A DNA stretch of 64,000 nucleotides from Octopus vulgaris (GCA_951406725.2 OX597832.1:71176001-71240000); one strand, 5' to 3'; shown: positions 14,586 to 26,537, counted from the stretch's first letter. The notes: generated from the sequence alone by a model not told the origin. Numbers and translations: made by a program.

Positions 14586-14720
14586 GGGGCAGGTGTGGCT
14601 GTGTGGTAACAAACTACGTTCCAAACACATGGTCCTGGGTTCAGTCCCACTGTGTGGTGACTTGGCATGTGTCTTCTGCTGTAGCCTCAGACCAACAAAA
14701 GCCTTCTTAGTGGATTTTGT
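14586..14720 (+). mobile_element. tRNA-derived SINE, truncated
   Basis: A-box-like tggctgtgtggt and B-box-like gggttcagtccc. Confidence 0.65.
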
Positions 14721-15187
14721 ACATATATACAGGCATACATACATATATATACCCTTACATTTGAACCGGAATCTCAAAAACATTGTCCCCTTACATCTCA
14801 TTCTCATTTCATTCCCAACACAGGGAAATAAAACTTACTTCTCACTACAGGACAATGGATGATGGTAACAGATATTTACCACATGCTACCTTATCAAGTG
14901 AAGTACATTGTCATCCACTTCACCTATAACCTTCATAGCGTACAGACAATTCAAACGACCCCACACCACTATACCACCACTGATACCTTCATCCTTCTAA
15001 CTGTCTACTTTCTTATAAATACAACAGAATTCACTTCCAGCCATTCAACAGCTTGCAGTGCACCTGGAAAATGGTCAAAGAGTGTACTTCACCGATGCTA
15101 ATGCTTCTCTATTGGCAGAGGAGCCAAGGGATAGCACACTCACTGCATTCTTCAAGTTTTGTCAAGTGGATCCATTTGTCAAGTGGA

Positions 15188-17427
15188 TCATTTTCCTCTG
15201 TAGTTAATTCTGTAGATGACCTCAAAAACAAAGTCTTTCCCAACTTCACACAAAACTACCAAAATCACAATTGGCTGTGTGAAAGAGCAATATTAGCTCC
15301 AAAAAAACGTAGCTGTTAACAGCTAATGCATTCTCTTCCCAGCACTATACACACTTACAAGTCTGTTGATACAATTCCAGATATAAATGAAGTTGTGAAC
15401 TATCCTCCTGAATTTCTCAATTCATTGGAGCCTCCTCAACTACCTCCACACATATTAGCACTTAAAGTTGGGATTCCTGTAATGCTACTCCACAATCTGG
15501 AACCACCAACACTTTGCAATGGAACACGACTGGTAATAAAGATACCTTGCTGTATCCACAGATTACATTGTACTACACTTGGAATGGAAAAAAAATGGGC
15601 CCCACAGAAAGCAGGTCAAAATGTTCGTGGATACCCTGGCATTAAGTTTCACACTTGCCTTGGGCGAGTATACACAGTGCATCCCACTCAACAAGAGTGC
15701 TTCTACCTTCGTCTACTACTGCATGAGGTCAGAGGGCCAACGTCTTTCCAGGCCCTAAAAATCGTTCATGGACATGTCTGCACAACATACAGAGAAGCCT
15801 GCTATCGACAAGGTCTGTTAGAAGATGGTGCACAATGGGATGCAACTTTAGGAGAGGCTGCTTTATCACAATCACCTAAAAGTCTCAGGGCACTATTTGC
15901 AGTATTACTACAGGCATGTGAACTGTGTGATCCAGCCACTCTATGGCTCAAATATAGAGACAACCTGGCTGAAGACTTTCAGCGCGAAGCTCAACTGCTC
16001 TATCTTGACATGGAGGGTATCAGCAATGAAATCTATAACAAAACACTCATTGACATTGAAGACAGAATTGCTAAACTGGGTGGAAATGAATTGTCGACGT
16101 ATGGCCTGCCACAAGCATCCAGGTCAGGGTCAAATAGCCTTCCCACTGCTGTCATTCATGAAACAACCTACGACACTCAAGCGCTTTCAAAGTACATTGT
16201 TGAAAATAAACCTAACTTACTTACGGACCAGCTGCAGACCTACAGAACTATTCTTAACAGTGTACGCCAACGCGAGGGACAAATCTTCTTCCTCGATGCT
16301 CCTGGAGGGACATTTATTACAAAGCTTCTCCTTGCAGAAGTTAGGCAGCATCAGGACATTGCAGCAGCTGTAGCTGCAGCTACTTTGTTACCCAGTGGCA
16401 GGACAGCACACTCAACTTTTAAACTCCCTCTCAATTTAGCAGCATCCGAAATGCCTTCATGCAACATCAACAAAAGCTCTGATCAGGGACAAGTACTTAA
16501 AATGTGTCAGCTAATTGTCTGGGATGAGTGCACTATGGCTCACAAGGGAGCTTTGGAAGCATTAGATAGAGCCCTGAAAGACATCCGAGACTGTCAGGCT
16601 CCAATGAGAGGTGTAACGCTTCTGTTGTCAAGTGATTTCAGGCAAACTCTTCCTGTCACTCCGAAAGGCACTAGAGCAGAGGAAGTCCAAGCATGCCTAA
16701 AGTCCTCTACCCTGTGGCATCATGTTACAATCCTCAGTCTCACCACTAACATGAGAGCTCAGCTACATGGCGACAAAATGTCCACAAAGTTTGCACAGGA
16801 CATTTTGACACTTGGTGAAGGCAAGATGCCTCTTGATGCTGCAGGACAAATGGAAGTGTGGTCATTTTCCTCTGTAGTTAATTCTGTAGATGACCTCAAA
16901 AACAAAGTCTTTCCCAACTTCACACAAAACTACCAAAATCACAATTGGCTGTGTGAAAGAGCAATATTAGCTCCAAAAAACGTAGCTGTTAACAGCTAAT
17001 GCATTCTCTTCCCAGCACTATACACACTTACAACTCTGTTGATACAATTCCAGATATAAATGAAGTTGTGAACTATCCTCCTGAATTTCTCAATTCATTG
17101 GAGCCTCCTCAACTACCTCCACACATATTAGCACTTAAAGTTGGGATTCCTGTAATGCTACTCCACAATCTGGAACCACCAACACTTTGCAATGGAACAC
17201 GACTGGTAATAAAGAAAATGAGGTCACACGTTATCGAGGTGATCATTCTTTCTGGATGTGGAAAGGGTGATGATGTTTTTATTCCAAGATTTCCTCTTAC
17301 TCCATCTGGAGCAGAAATTCCATTTACATTCAGAAGACTGCAATTCCCCCTTCGTGTCAGCTTCGGATTGATCACTGACAGAGACGGTGAATCTAGGATA
17401 ACACCACCAAATGAAATAAAAAATTAA
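15188..17427 (+). pseudogene. Helitron Rep C-terminus/Pif1-like helicase fragment, rearranged and disabled
   Basis: Motifs [30 protein letters not shown] (Walker A GKT deleted), [46 protein letters not shown]; stop at 16999. Confidence 0.9.
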
Positions 17428-17979
17428 ATTAAAGACAAGACTATTGTCTATAAAGTATACAATGTAGAGAAAGAAAAAAAGATTTGAACACCTGGAGGAA
17501 AGCACCATCGAAAAGTGTCTTGGTGCAACTATGAAAGATATCTAACCAGAGGCAATAAATTCGCCACAATAGAAGCAACGTTCGAGTCAACGGAGCGTGC
17601 AAGGGAGTACTTGACTCGAGCCTTGCAAAGTGGAAATATTTTATCTTTACCTTTATATCTGGGACGTAGGACGTCCCGGATAAAAATTAAAAAGTCCCCC
17701 CAGAAGTAGAGGTAGGCTGGATTGTAGCCACACTTCTATACAAGAGGGAGGACAAGATACAATTAATCGAAATTGCAAGAGACGGGCCTACAATTCCAGT
17801 CTGTTATATATTTTGAGTATTGTTATCACTAGCGATATCAAGATATAACTTTGTATTTTGTATTTTATGTGTAGATGTATATATATATATATAGATGTAC
17901 ATGTAATATGTACACATATATATACACATATATACATGCACTAGGACTATCACCCGGCAACGACAGGTCATAATGCTAG

Positions 17980-18017
<38 letters not shown>

Positions 18018-18116
18018 GTTGATCCAAACATGAAAACACAAAGAGAAAACACAACAACGCGAGGATGTGGAATAAGAATAGTATTATTGGACACTCAGGA
18101 AAGGAAAGAAAGGAGG

Positions 18117-18151
18117 ATTTAGCGTTTCAAGTGGAGCTCTTCATCAGAAAT
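18117..18151 (-). ncRNA. Penelope-type minimal hammerhead motif
   Basis: Minus strand attt-CTGATGA-agag(ctcca)ctt-GAAA-cgCTA-aat. Confidence 0.55.
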
Positions 18152-18234
18152 ACAAAAAAAGGAAATAACCAAGGAAGAGAAGACGGAGGAAAAAAAAAAA
18201 TCGCCAATGATACACACGTAGTCACATATATATC

Positions 18235-21200
18235 ATCATCATCATCGTTTAGCGTCTGCTTTCCATGCTAGCATGGGTTGGACGATTCAACTGGGGTCTG
18301 GGAAGCCAGAAGGCTGCACCAGGCCCAGTCTGATCTGTCAATGTTTCTACGGCTGGATGCCCTTCCTAACGCCAACCACTCTGTGAGTGTAGTGGGTGAA
18401 TTTTACGTGCCATCGGCACAGGTGCCAGATGAGAATGGCCTACGGATGGTGCTTTTTACATGCCACCGGCACGGAGGCCAGGCGAGGCTGGCAACGGCCA
18501 CGATCGGATGGTGCTTTTTACGTCCCACCAGCATGGAGGCCAGTCGGGACGGGGCTGGCAACGTTCGGATGGTTCTCTTACGTGGCACCAGCGCTGGTAT
18601 CACAGCTACAATTTCCATTGATGTTGATCGATTTCGATTCTCACTTGCCTCAACAGGTCTTCACATGTAGAGTTTTGTGTCCCAAGAAGGAAAGGTATGC
18701 ATAAGTGGACTGGCTACATCCCAGGTAAAGGCCACGGGTAATGGTCTCACTTGTCCTGCCAGGTCTTCTCACGCACAGCATACTTCCAAAGGTCTCGGTC
18801 TCTAGTCATTTCCTCGGTGAAACCTAAAGTTCGAAGGTCGTGCTTCACCACGAGAGGCCTTTTGTCACCAGCAGAGGTAGGAGTTCTCTGAACTTTGCCC
18901 AGGCTATTCTTACTCTAGCAGTTACACTTTCAGCACACCCACCCCCACTACTGACTTGGTCACCTAGGTAACCTTGAATGTGGCAGAAGTTGGTCTCTGT
19001 GCATTTTCAGTGTTTATTGCTCCTGAGCATCTGCCACATACAAAAACTATTTTCCTAGTTAGCCTTCCTTTGACATTGCTGCACCTCTTAGCTTACACTT
19101 GGTGCGAGTTTCTACCTACGCCTTTTCTACAGATCGAGCAGGGCCATCTAACTGAAGGCATTTGTGATTTGTCTACCTTCCTACTTATTAGGACTTTGGT
19201 TTTAGCTAGGTTGATTCTAAGGCCCCAACCTCTACCTTGAATTTTTCAGTGTACTCGTTGCCAACCCTCACCTTACTTACAGCGTCCCTGTACATGGCTC
19301 GCACAGCTCTCAGTAACCATTCATCTATCCCTACTTTCCTCATTGACCACCAGATAAGGGATCTGAGACCCTGTCGAAGGCTTTCTCCATGTCAACGAAA
19401 GCCAGGTACAAGGGCTTATCTTTAGCTAGGTATTTCTCCTGCAGCTGTCTTACCAGGAATATAGCATCAGTGGTACTTTTCCCTGGCACGAAACCAAACT
19501 GCATCTCATCTAAACTAGCTCTCTCTCTAATTAGTTGAGCTATGACCCTCTCCGTAACCTTCATTACCTGATCCAACAGCTTGATATCCCTGTAATTATT
19601 TGTATCTAGGGTGTCACCTTTACCTTTGTAGCAGTTGACTATTAAGCTGCTACACCAATCATTGGGAATGACTCCTTCGTGTATCACCTGGTTAACTATA
19701 CGGATTACTAGGCTATAGCCGACACTACCAGATATTTTGAACATCTCTGCAGTAATTCCTGATGGGCCTGGGGCTTTCCCTGTCTTCATGCGTCTAATTG
19801 CCTTAACTACCAAGGAACTGTCAACTCGGATAGCTGGACCCTCTGTTGGGTCAACATTCGGCAGACTATCTTTATTCCATTCATTTTCTTTATTCAGCAA
19901 CCTTTCATAGTGGCGTCTCCAAACCTCTCTCTTTGCATCCTCATTTAGCGCAAGTAAACCATCATCCATGCAAACACATTTCTCTCCTACCACATCACGA
20001 TTCTCTCTCACACACTGTCTTGCAACACAAAATACCTCAAGTCTTTCATCCTCACGGCACAGAACATTGGCAAATTTTTTCTTATCTGCTTCTCCTCTGG
20101 CTAAATACACCTGCCTCCTAGCTTCCCTTCTGGCAGTCTGATACACTTCCCTGCTACCACCGTTCTTCCAGTCCTTCCAAGCCTGTTTCTTTTGTCTAAT
20201 AGCCCTGTCAACAAATATTGTTCCACCACCATGCTATTTTGGGTCTTGAGGGAACTTTGCACCAACCACAGATCTGGTCAGTGGCTCTCAGCAGGTTGTC
20301 CCTTAGAAACCTCCAGTTGTCTTCTACCCCATGTGAAGCTATATCCCCTTCTATTTCGTCAAAGGCTTCAAGTAATATGTCTCTAAATCTCTGTCCATTC
20401 GCAGGATCTTTAAGCTTCCAGACCCTTCTTCTCCATGTTGGTCATCTTCTGGTCTTCCTCTTAGTCCTGATCCTAAAGTCACTAACTACCAGTCTATGTT
20501 GTGGGGTAAATTCTTCGCCTGGGAAGGTTTTGGCATTTATAAGCAGCCATCTTTCCCTTTTTCTGGCAAGGATGTAGTCAATTTGGCTAGTATGTCGGCC
20601 CGATCGGTAGGTGACTAGGTGGCTGGTAGGTTTCCTGAAGTTAGCGTTGCAAACCATAAGATCATTCGCATCGCAGAACTCCAGCAACCTGGTTCCCTCC
20701 TCATTGCGGGAACCATAACTGTAGCCTCCATGTACGCCCCCAGCATGTTGTCCAACATGCCCATTGAAGTCACCAGCCACAAAGAGAAGGTCCCTGTCGT
20801 TCATCAACACGTTAGTCTGCAGTAGGGTGTCATAGAATCGGTCTTTCTGTCCATAGGGTAGCCTTGGCTGAGGGGCATAGGCTGATATAATGGTCGCTAA
20901 TGAAGCACTAATCTAATCTTAAGTATTCTGTCGCATACTCTGACTACCTCAATTACCTTATCTACCCATTTCTCAGCAAGAAGTATACCCACACCCCCGA
21001 CCCCGTCAGTGTTCCCAGCCCAGAAAATCTTGTACCTGTGTTCTTTGCCTGTGAGGAACCTAGCAGAACCTCCTCTCCACCTCACTTCTTGAATGCAGCA
21101 CATATCAACACATCTCCATTCAAGCAAATCAACAATCTCGCCAGACCTACCTTTCAGTGTGCCAACGTTGAGGATGTGGGAGGTATAGGCTCTAGACACC

Positions 21201-21290
21201 TTGGGACAGGGGACAGTAGCTTCATGTACCTGAAAAGAAAACTCGCATTTGGCAGGATTCATAGACAAACAATAGACTTAAGTTCAAACC
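18235..21290 (-). mobile_element. RTE-clade LINE (APE endonuclease + RT) with internal deletions
   Basis: NVGTLKG, CIQEVRW, AGDFNGHVG, SQIDYIL, GKAPGPSGI, QFGFVPGKSTTDAIF, AFVDMEKAFDRV; 3' end with (ATG)n tail at ~18235. Confidence 0.92.
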
Positions 21291-21710
21291 GCGTACACTA
21301 CACTATCATATTTTGCAATGTATGATCACTACCTTATATAGCAGGGGTGGGGGTGGCGTAAGACTTTTGAAGTGTACATGGGAGATAACCAAGGATGACA
21401 AAATTGAGACTTCCTGTAAAGGTGCAGTGGGTGGGAGGGCGGGTGTACCGTGAAAAGAGATAGGAAGACAGACAGTGTGAAGAGATAGAGATAGAGAAAA
21501 ACATAGTGAGACAGAGAGGGGGGGTCGTGACCCGCGAAAACTAGCAGCCATGAAGGGGCGCCTCTCATCTCTTGGAAAAGGAATATTTCGTTGTAGGTAT
21601 TAAGAGACATGATTGAGAGAGAGATATGTTGCAGATTTAGGGGAGATGCGTGAGCTAAATTTATCTTAGACATCGATAAGTAAGAGGAACTATAGAATTA
21701 TATATATTTC

Positions 21711-21933
21711 ATTACTGCCCACAAGGGGCTAAACATAGAGGGGACAAACAAGGACAGACAAACGGATTAAGTCGATTACATCGACCCCAGTGCGAAACTG
21801 GTACTTTATTTATCGACCCCGAAAGGGTGAAAGGCAAAGTCGACCTCGGCGGAATTTGAACTCAGAACATAGCAGCAGACGAAATACCGCTGAACATTTC
21901 GCCCGGCGCACTAACATTTCTGCCAGCTCATCA
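21711..21933 (-). mobile_element. tRNA-derived SINE (Octopus-type, conserved central domain)
   Basis: Head ggtgatgagctggcaga..gagttcaaattcc; central ctttgcctttcaccctttcggggtcgataaataaagtaccag; tail tagccccttgtgggc. Confidence 0.85.
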
Positions 21934-22279
21934 CCTATATTATTATATATATTTAACACGAGACGTGAGGCTGAAATAGACAGAGCAAAACAGAACAGAG
22001 ATAAGCTAAAAAGGTTAATCAATTGCGCAGAAATAATACTAGGTAGTTAACGGGTTGAATTTAAAGGAATGCATATCTGTGGTTCATCTTTTCCGTTCGT
22101 AGTTTACAGCAAAAGCCTTGAATCGAAAATGGGGGAGCTATAATGCATGCGTTAGTTTATATAGGGTGGTGGTGGAGGGGATGTAGGAAGTCCTGTCGAG
22201 TGATAATCGAAAGAGATAGGGAGACAGACAGATAGAGATAGAGAAAAACATAGCTATCTCTATCTCTTCACACTGTCTG

Positions 22280-24200
22280 TCTCCCTATTGGGCATGTCAG
22301 ATGGCAATCCAGTATTTTCCATGGTGTTCACGGGGGCCCTGGAATTAGTTCCAAAAACAAAGAGGGAACTAGGCTACTAGTTCTCTGGTGCCTGCAACCT
22401 ATTAATCTGCAACATTAAGTTCAGGAAGCCAGACAGCCACCTGATAACCTATCAATCAGGCAACTTTGCTAGCCAGATTGATTTCATCCTCACCAGACAG
22501 CAGGATGCAGGGTTGCTCTTAAATACAAAGACCCTCCCTGGTGAAGAATGTACCCCCCAGCATAGACTAGTTATTAGTGATTTTAGACTCGAGGCCAGAA
22601 GGATGCCAAGAAGCAGAACAATCCAGAAAAGAAGGATTTGGAAGCTTAAGAACCCTTCACATGGTCAGAGATTTAAGGACATCCTCACTGAGAAATTTGA
22701 TGAGAGGTAGGAGGAGCTACAGATTTTGGACATAGAGGGTAACTGGAAATTCCTATGGGACAGCTTACTGAGTGCCACAGACCAAATATGTGGCTGGTGC
22801 AAAGTCCCTTCCAGACCTTGAGTAAGGTGGTCATGGAATACGGTAGTCAAGGCCATTAGAGGAAAAAAACAGGAAGAGTGGGGGTAGCAGGGAACTGTAC
22901 CAGATAACCACAAGGGAGGCTGGGCAACAGGTATACATAGCAAAGAGAGAAGGAGAAACGAAGAAGTATGCCAATGTTCAGCGACGTGAGGACCAACAAA
23001 CTGAAGTATTTCAGATTGCAAGACAGTGTGTGAGAGAAAAAATGTGATGTCACAGGAGAGAAATGTGTCTGCATGGATGACGGTACACTTGCTTTTAATG
23101 ATTCTGAAAAGAAAGAGGCTTAGAGAAGCTATTATGAAAGGCTGCTAAATGTGGAGAATGAATGGGAGGAGGAAAGCCTGCCAAATGTTGACCCAGCAGA
23201 GGGACCAGCACCCTGGTAGATAAAGCAATTAAGGATATGAAGTCAGGAAAAGTCCCCGGCCCATCAGGAATCACTGCTGAGATGCTTAAAATATCTGGTG
23301 ATGTCGGTCATGGCCTAGTTAACCATATTGTAAACCAGGTAGCTCATGAAGGAATCATACCCAGGAATCATGGAATCATACCCAGGAATCATGCACAGCA
23401 GCACCATAGTCAAGTGCTACAAAGGTAAAGGTGATGCTTTAGATAGAAATAACTACAGGGGATTCAAAGATCAGGTGATGAAGGTCACGGAGAGGGTCAT
23501 AGCCCAACTAATTAGGGAGAGAGCCTGCTTGGATGAGATGTAGTTTGGTTTTGTGCCAGGGAGAAGCACCACTGATGCTATATTCCTGGTACAGCAACTG
23601 CTGGAGAAATACCTAGCCAAAGATAAGCCCATATACTTGGCTTTTGTTGACTTGCAGAAAGCCTTTGACAGGGTCCTCCGATCCCCTATCTGGCGAGTGA
23701 TGTGGAAACTGAGGATTGAAGAGTGGTTAATAAGAGCTGTACAGGCCTTATACAGTGATGCCGTTAGTAAGGTAAGGGTCGGCAATAAGTATAGTGAAGA
23801 ATTCCAGGTAGAAGTAGGGGTTCACCAAGTTTCAGCCTTCAGCCCCCTATTATTCATCATAGTCCTCCAGGCAATAACAGAGGAATTCAAGACAGGCTGC
23901 CCCTGGGAGCTCCTCTATGCTGATGACCTTGCTCTCATAGCAGAATCACTACCAAAACTAGAGAAGAAATTTCAGGTGTGGAAGCAAGGTTTAGAATCAA
24001 TGTTGCAAAAACCAAAGTTCTAGTAAGTAGGAAGGCGAACACATCACAAACCCCTTCAGGTAGATGGTCCTGCTTGATCTGTAGAAAAGGTGTAGGTAGA
24101 AACACCATAAGATGTACCCAGTGTAAGCTATGGATGCATATGAGGTGCAGCAACATTAAAGTAAGGTTAACCAGGAAGATAGCTTTTGTATGCGGCAGCA
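22280..24200 (+). mobile_element. RTE-clade LINE remnant (endonuclease C-terminal part + RT)
   Basis: SQIDFIL, GKVPGPSGI, PGRSTTDAIF, AFVDLQKAFDRV, SPLLFII, LLYADDL; frameshifts and stops. Confidence 0.9.
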
Positions 24201-24717
24201 TATCAAGAAGTGATGCAGTACGACCATTTCAAGCGACTCCATTTAATTGAACAGAAACAAGAAACATAGGAAAGTCCAAAGGAAAAGGAAGAAGGAGGGA
24301 AAAAAATTACCAACAGTCGACAGGTAGTTACATTTTGGAATGACCAGAAGTAGAACTAAGAGAAAGTGCTTTCTGGGACAGGGGAATGTGAGGACCAGTT
24401 GATATCTGTGTATATGTGCACGCATGCACAGGTGTGTGTAGTGGCTTGTGTTTGTGTGTGTGCATGATAGCATGTGTGCGTGTGATGGTAACTGTGTGTG
24501 GTATTAACTGTTCACATATGTTTGTGTTTGTGTGAGTAGTCCGTGTGTGTATGTTAATGTCATAGTGAGAGGTCAGCACCTATAATAAAAGGTATGTGTA
24601 TGGGTGGATAGGTGTGTAAATGGAATAGTCAATAGTGAGTGGGGGCAATCTGAAATGTGAGTGTGTGTACCTATCTCTGTGCCATTCTGTTGTTCCCTCT
24701 CTCAGTATATGTGTGCC

Positions 24718-24751
<34 letters not shown>

Positions 24752-25121
24752 CAAACTAAGCAACAGGATATCAAGAAGTGATGCAGTATGACCGTTTCAA
24801 GCAACTCCATTTAATTGAACAATGCAATCATTACATCAATTTAAATGCAGTGCTATAATCAGCTGCACAAATAAATAGAATTTTAACCAGTTGGACACAT
24901 TGATTGATTCTAGTTTCAGCTTATGAACTGTGGCCATGCTGGGGCACCGCCATATATATATTAATATAATTTTTTTCAAATACTTTAAAAGAGCAAGAAG
25001 ATGGAAGAAATTCATGTTATATATAATATACCTACATATGCAAGTACATGTAACTAGGTTTTTTAGTACGTACAGGTAACACACAAACACACACATATAT
25101 ATATATATATATATATTAAGT

Positions 25122-25205
25122 TTATCACTCCTGTGTGTGTGTGTGTATGCATACATTCGCATACACATATATACCCGAACACATTTACACACACACGTGA
25201 GTATG

Positions 25206-25260
<55 letters not shown>

Positions 25261-25335
25261 GTGTGTGCGTGTGTGTAAATGTGTTCGGGTATATATGTGT
25301 ATGCGAGTGTATGCACACACACACAGGAGTGATAA
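25122..25335. repeat. ~215-bp fold-back centred on (TA)n
   Basis: ttatcactcctgtg...catacattcgcatacacatatatacccgaacacatttacac mirrored by gtgtaaatgtgttcgggtatatatgtgtatgcgagtgtatg...cacaggagtgataa. Confidence 0.9.
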
Positions 25336-25631
25336 CATGCCATCTGGTTTGACAGCGAGGGAGTCTGTACTTGATGCTCGAAATAGCAGCCAAATCTCCC
25401 CCTCATTCAACTGACTTGAAAAGAAAGGGGTAAATTAATGTAGTCCTAGATACAAAATGACCAAAAGGAAAACGATGAGGGTGGTCAGTCAGAGTCGGAA
25501 CACCTTTACATGTAGGACTGTTCTGTCAGGATAGTCCTCCAGTTAAACAACAACCACGACAACAGCAAATTTTCTTTTATCAAAAGTAATGGAAATAAAA
25601 AACAAAAACGAGTAGTAATCCTTGAACTCAC

Positions 25632-25934
25632 CAAGGGAGTATAACCAGACGTATCCGTGGCATTGGCCGTACAACCATATCGCTGTTTCTCTAGTTTACG
25701 CCGAACCCCTTCAATGTCCCCAGTCACAGCATCATTCCATAAACCTCTTTCGAAATCTAATTCTGGTAAAGTTTGATGTAACGAAGGTTGTAACGACTGA
25801 CTCTGGCAACACACATGGTTTTCGGCACTTGATAACCTTTGAAAGTTACTGTTATTACTATTAACAGTGGTGGAACTAGTTTTACTGTTGTTTATGTTGT
25901 TTTGTAAACAATTGCAGGAGTGGAAGTTGTTCAT
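25632..25934 (-). CDS. ANKRD39: Ankyrin repeat domain-containing protein 39, first coding exon (101 codons)
   Basis: CC...QTLPELDFERGLWNDAVTGDIEGV...DTSGYTPL matches the ANKRD39 N-terminus ([21 protein letters not shown]...DSAGYTAL). Homology stops at a canonical phase-0 donor TTG|GTGAGT. Downstream exons not found in the window. Confidence 0.88.
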
Positions 25935-26537
25935 GTTGGTCTACAGACACCGTCTTAATGGGCGGTGTTCAATGAATTATGGTTCTTAAGACATTTTCAT
26001 CCGACTGTCGCTTTTAAAGAAGTGGAAATAGTGATTAATTTTTGTTGTGATTGTGCTTTTATTTTTCTCTCTAAATTTAACATTTGAAGTTCAAATAAGC
26101 TAATCAATCTCTTTGCGATAGCTCGATCTACTAGAAATACAAACTGTATCTCTCTAATATTGTATGTCCTCTGAAATGCGATAGAGACAACCTTACAAAA
26201 GTAAGGACATTATGTGATAAGGTGAAAACACGGATTAACCACGGTTAGACTTAGATCGTAGATTTGCTCGATCAAGAATAACCCAGGATTAAAAGGCAAC
26301 AAGGACTGCGTGATGTAACTTATGTTAAATAGCAACAAGCGAAGTTACGGACCGCCCCTCTCTCTCTCTCTCTCTCTCCCTCCCTCTAGATAGACAGACA
26401 GATAGATAGACAATAACGTCTCGTTATTTAGTGAGATGAAAAACCTCGATTAACTAAGTCGTAAATAAACCTGCGTGTGTGTTGTGTGTGCGCGCGTGGA
26501 AAGACGACTGAGAGAAGAAGTGAATATTTGAATGAAC

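Larger units (their letters stand above)
13661..17979 (+). mobile_element. Composite Helitron: non-autonomous ends, internal Rep/helicase segment and captured LINE ORF1 fragment
   Basis: 5' TCtatatatataagactgag; 3' hairpin acccggcaacgacaggt and CTAG|T at 17976-17980; both ends homologous to the minus-strand copy at 48622-50275. Confidence 0.8.

Noticed and set aside
15326-16999. Functional or domesticated Pif1 helicase gene
   Set aside because: Walker A GKT deleted, other deletions, permuted order and a premature stop; Helitron relic.
24200-24822. ~55-bp direct repeat (atatcaagaagtgatgcagta..ccatttaattgaaca) as LTRs of a mini-element
   Set aside because: No TG..CA ends, PBS, PPT or TSD found; likely fragments of a dispersed repeat.
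1-25500. Downstream ANKRD39 exons (expected to begin HYA..)
   Set aside because: No convincing exon found by eye; probably outside the window or missed. Needs spliced alignment.
25506-25631. C-terminal 41 aa of ORF 25506-25934
   Set aside because: Intron read-through past the GTGAGT donor; ankyrin homology stops at GYTPL.
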